In this document: positions 63,271-64,000 of the stretch, piece after piece | How the letters are laid out: each line of letters opens with the position of its first letter | How positions within the stretch are numbered: the first letter of the stretch is position 1 | IMG/VR virus record: IMGVR_UViG_3300020202_000061 | Location: 248,001 to 312,000 of that record | Reading direction: 5' to 3' (one strand) | DNA length: 64,000 nucleotides | Made by a program: the position numbers and the translations under genes | The notes under the pieces: generated by a model | What the model was told of the DNA's origin: nothing | Databases searched by the model: none | Seen by the model: only the letters and a program-made list of their open reading frames with translations

Positions 63271-63675
63271 TTATTCTGAAAAGTAAAAAGCTTCCGGACC
63301 GTAAAGGACCCAGTTGCAAACCATCAACACGTTGACCACGACCATCGCCCATAGCAGCCAACGGCCCCAGTTGTTTTTGAACAATTTGAATCGTTCATGG
63401 ACCGCGACCAAAGCCAGAACCACACCTGCGCCCCCGGCTGAGAAAATTCTCCACCTGGAATGACCGTCCTCGGCGAGTTGCACGGGATCGGAGAAGTAGA
63501 GCAGGGCAATCCACCCAAGCAGTCCCACGACGAACATCGTGAGAAGGCTCCATCCCTTGGCCCCGCTCAGATCGAGTGAGACCTCTTTGGACTCGGTGAT
63601 CGAATTCAGCGTGCCGGGGAACGACACAAGGAGTCCGCAGAAGAACGCCAGGAGAAGAATCAGTTGAGTGCTCAT
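63271..63675 (-). CDS. 4-TM membrane protein
   Basis: Four hydrophobic segments. Confidence 0.75.
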   Translation of the reverse strand: MSTQLILLLAFFCGLLVSFPGTLNSITESKEVSLDLSGAKGWSLLTMFVVGLLGWIALLYFSDPVQLAEDGHSRWRIFSAGGAGVVLALVAVHERFKLFKNNWGRWLLWAMVVVNVLMVCNWVLYGPEAFYFSE

Positions 63676-64000
63676 GAAAATTTGATCCTCATGCGCAGGG
63701 CGATGATGACGATAGCAGAGTAGGGACTGCGACTGGCCAACACCTTGTAGTACCGGTACGGGTCATCCTGGCGCAGAGCCGCGCCCCACCACGGACGATC
63801 CTTCGGAACAACCGATTGCCAGAGTTCAGCCAGATGCCACCCCTCGGGGATCACCTTCTGGGCATCCTCGAAATCGCTGAGGTAACGAGGTGCCTTGTAG
63901 ACGAACTCCTGCTGGGTCAGTTTCCAGTAGATGGCCTGCTCAATATCACGGAGTTCTTGATCGTCCAGAAGGATCGGAGGATTCTTCTTGGGGTCCTCCG
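63672..64000 (-). CDS. hypothetical protein (5' end outside the window)
   Basis: Frame open to the window edge (…PRYLSDFEDAQKVIPEGW…SPYSAIVIIALR). Confidence 0.65.
   Translation of the reverse strand, partial: EDPKKNPPILLDDQELRDIEQAIYWKLTQQEFVYKAPRYLSDFEDAQKVIPEGWHLAELWQSVVPKDRPWWGAALRQDDPYRYYKVLASRSPYSAIVIIALRMRIKFS

Noticed and set aside
1-64000. CRISPR array, rRNA, integrase or transposase
   Set aside because: No regularly spaced repeats or diagnostic motifs were seen.
1-64000. Genome-wide stop-codon reassignment
   Set aside because: Long conserved genes are intact in the standard code, and TAA, TAG and TGA all end genes normally.

Overview
A 64 kb segment of a large lytic dsDNA phage genome, T4-like or jumbo type. 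The host is probably an alphaproteobacterium (inferred from GapR/DUF2312 and the PlcP-Agt pair). Genes are densely packed, mostly on the + strand, often with overlapping stop/start codons. Replication and nucleotide genes: family B DNA polymerase, a probable sliding clamp, a degenerate DNA ligase, dCMP deaminase, and MazG-like and nucleoside-deoxyribosyltransferase-like proteins. Host-derived modules: PrkA(YeaG)-YeaH-SpoVR, a MotA/TolQ/ExbB-type trio, an SPFH protein, and a PlcP-Agt lipid-remodelling pair. Translation and RNA-repair genes: peptide deformylase, a GGQ release-factor-like protein, an R2K ATP-grasp, a cyclic-phosphate receiver domain, and SLOG-NADAR. There are also spanin-like genes and 21 tRNA or tRNA-like genes. 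The strongest signals are non-coding: (1) a 12-codon Arg/Lys-rich leader ORF with mutually exclusive hairpins upstream of an Arg/Lys tRNA cluster (candidate tRNA-sensing attenuator); (2) all four CGN Arg anticodons; (3) two tRNA-Thr with long variable arms; (4) 8/4-fold tRNA-like RNAs; (5) a Y-RNA-like RNA; (6) a separately promoted rod-shaped sRNA with anti-SD motifs. Two genes are split by frameshifts, one by an exact 17-bp duplication. All assignments come from reading motifs by eye; no database search was run.
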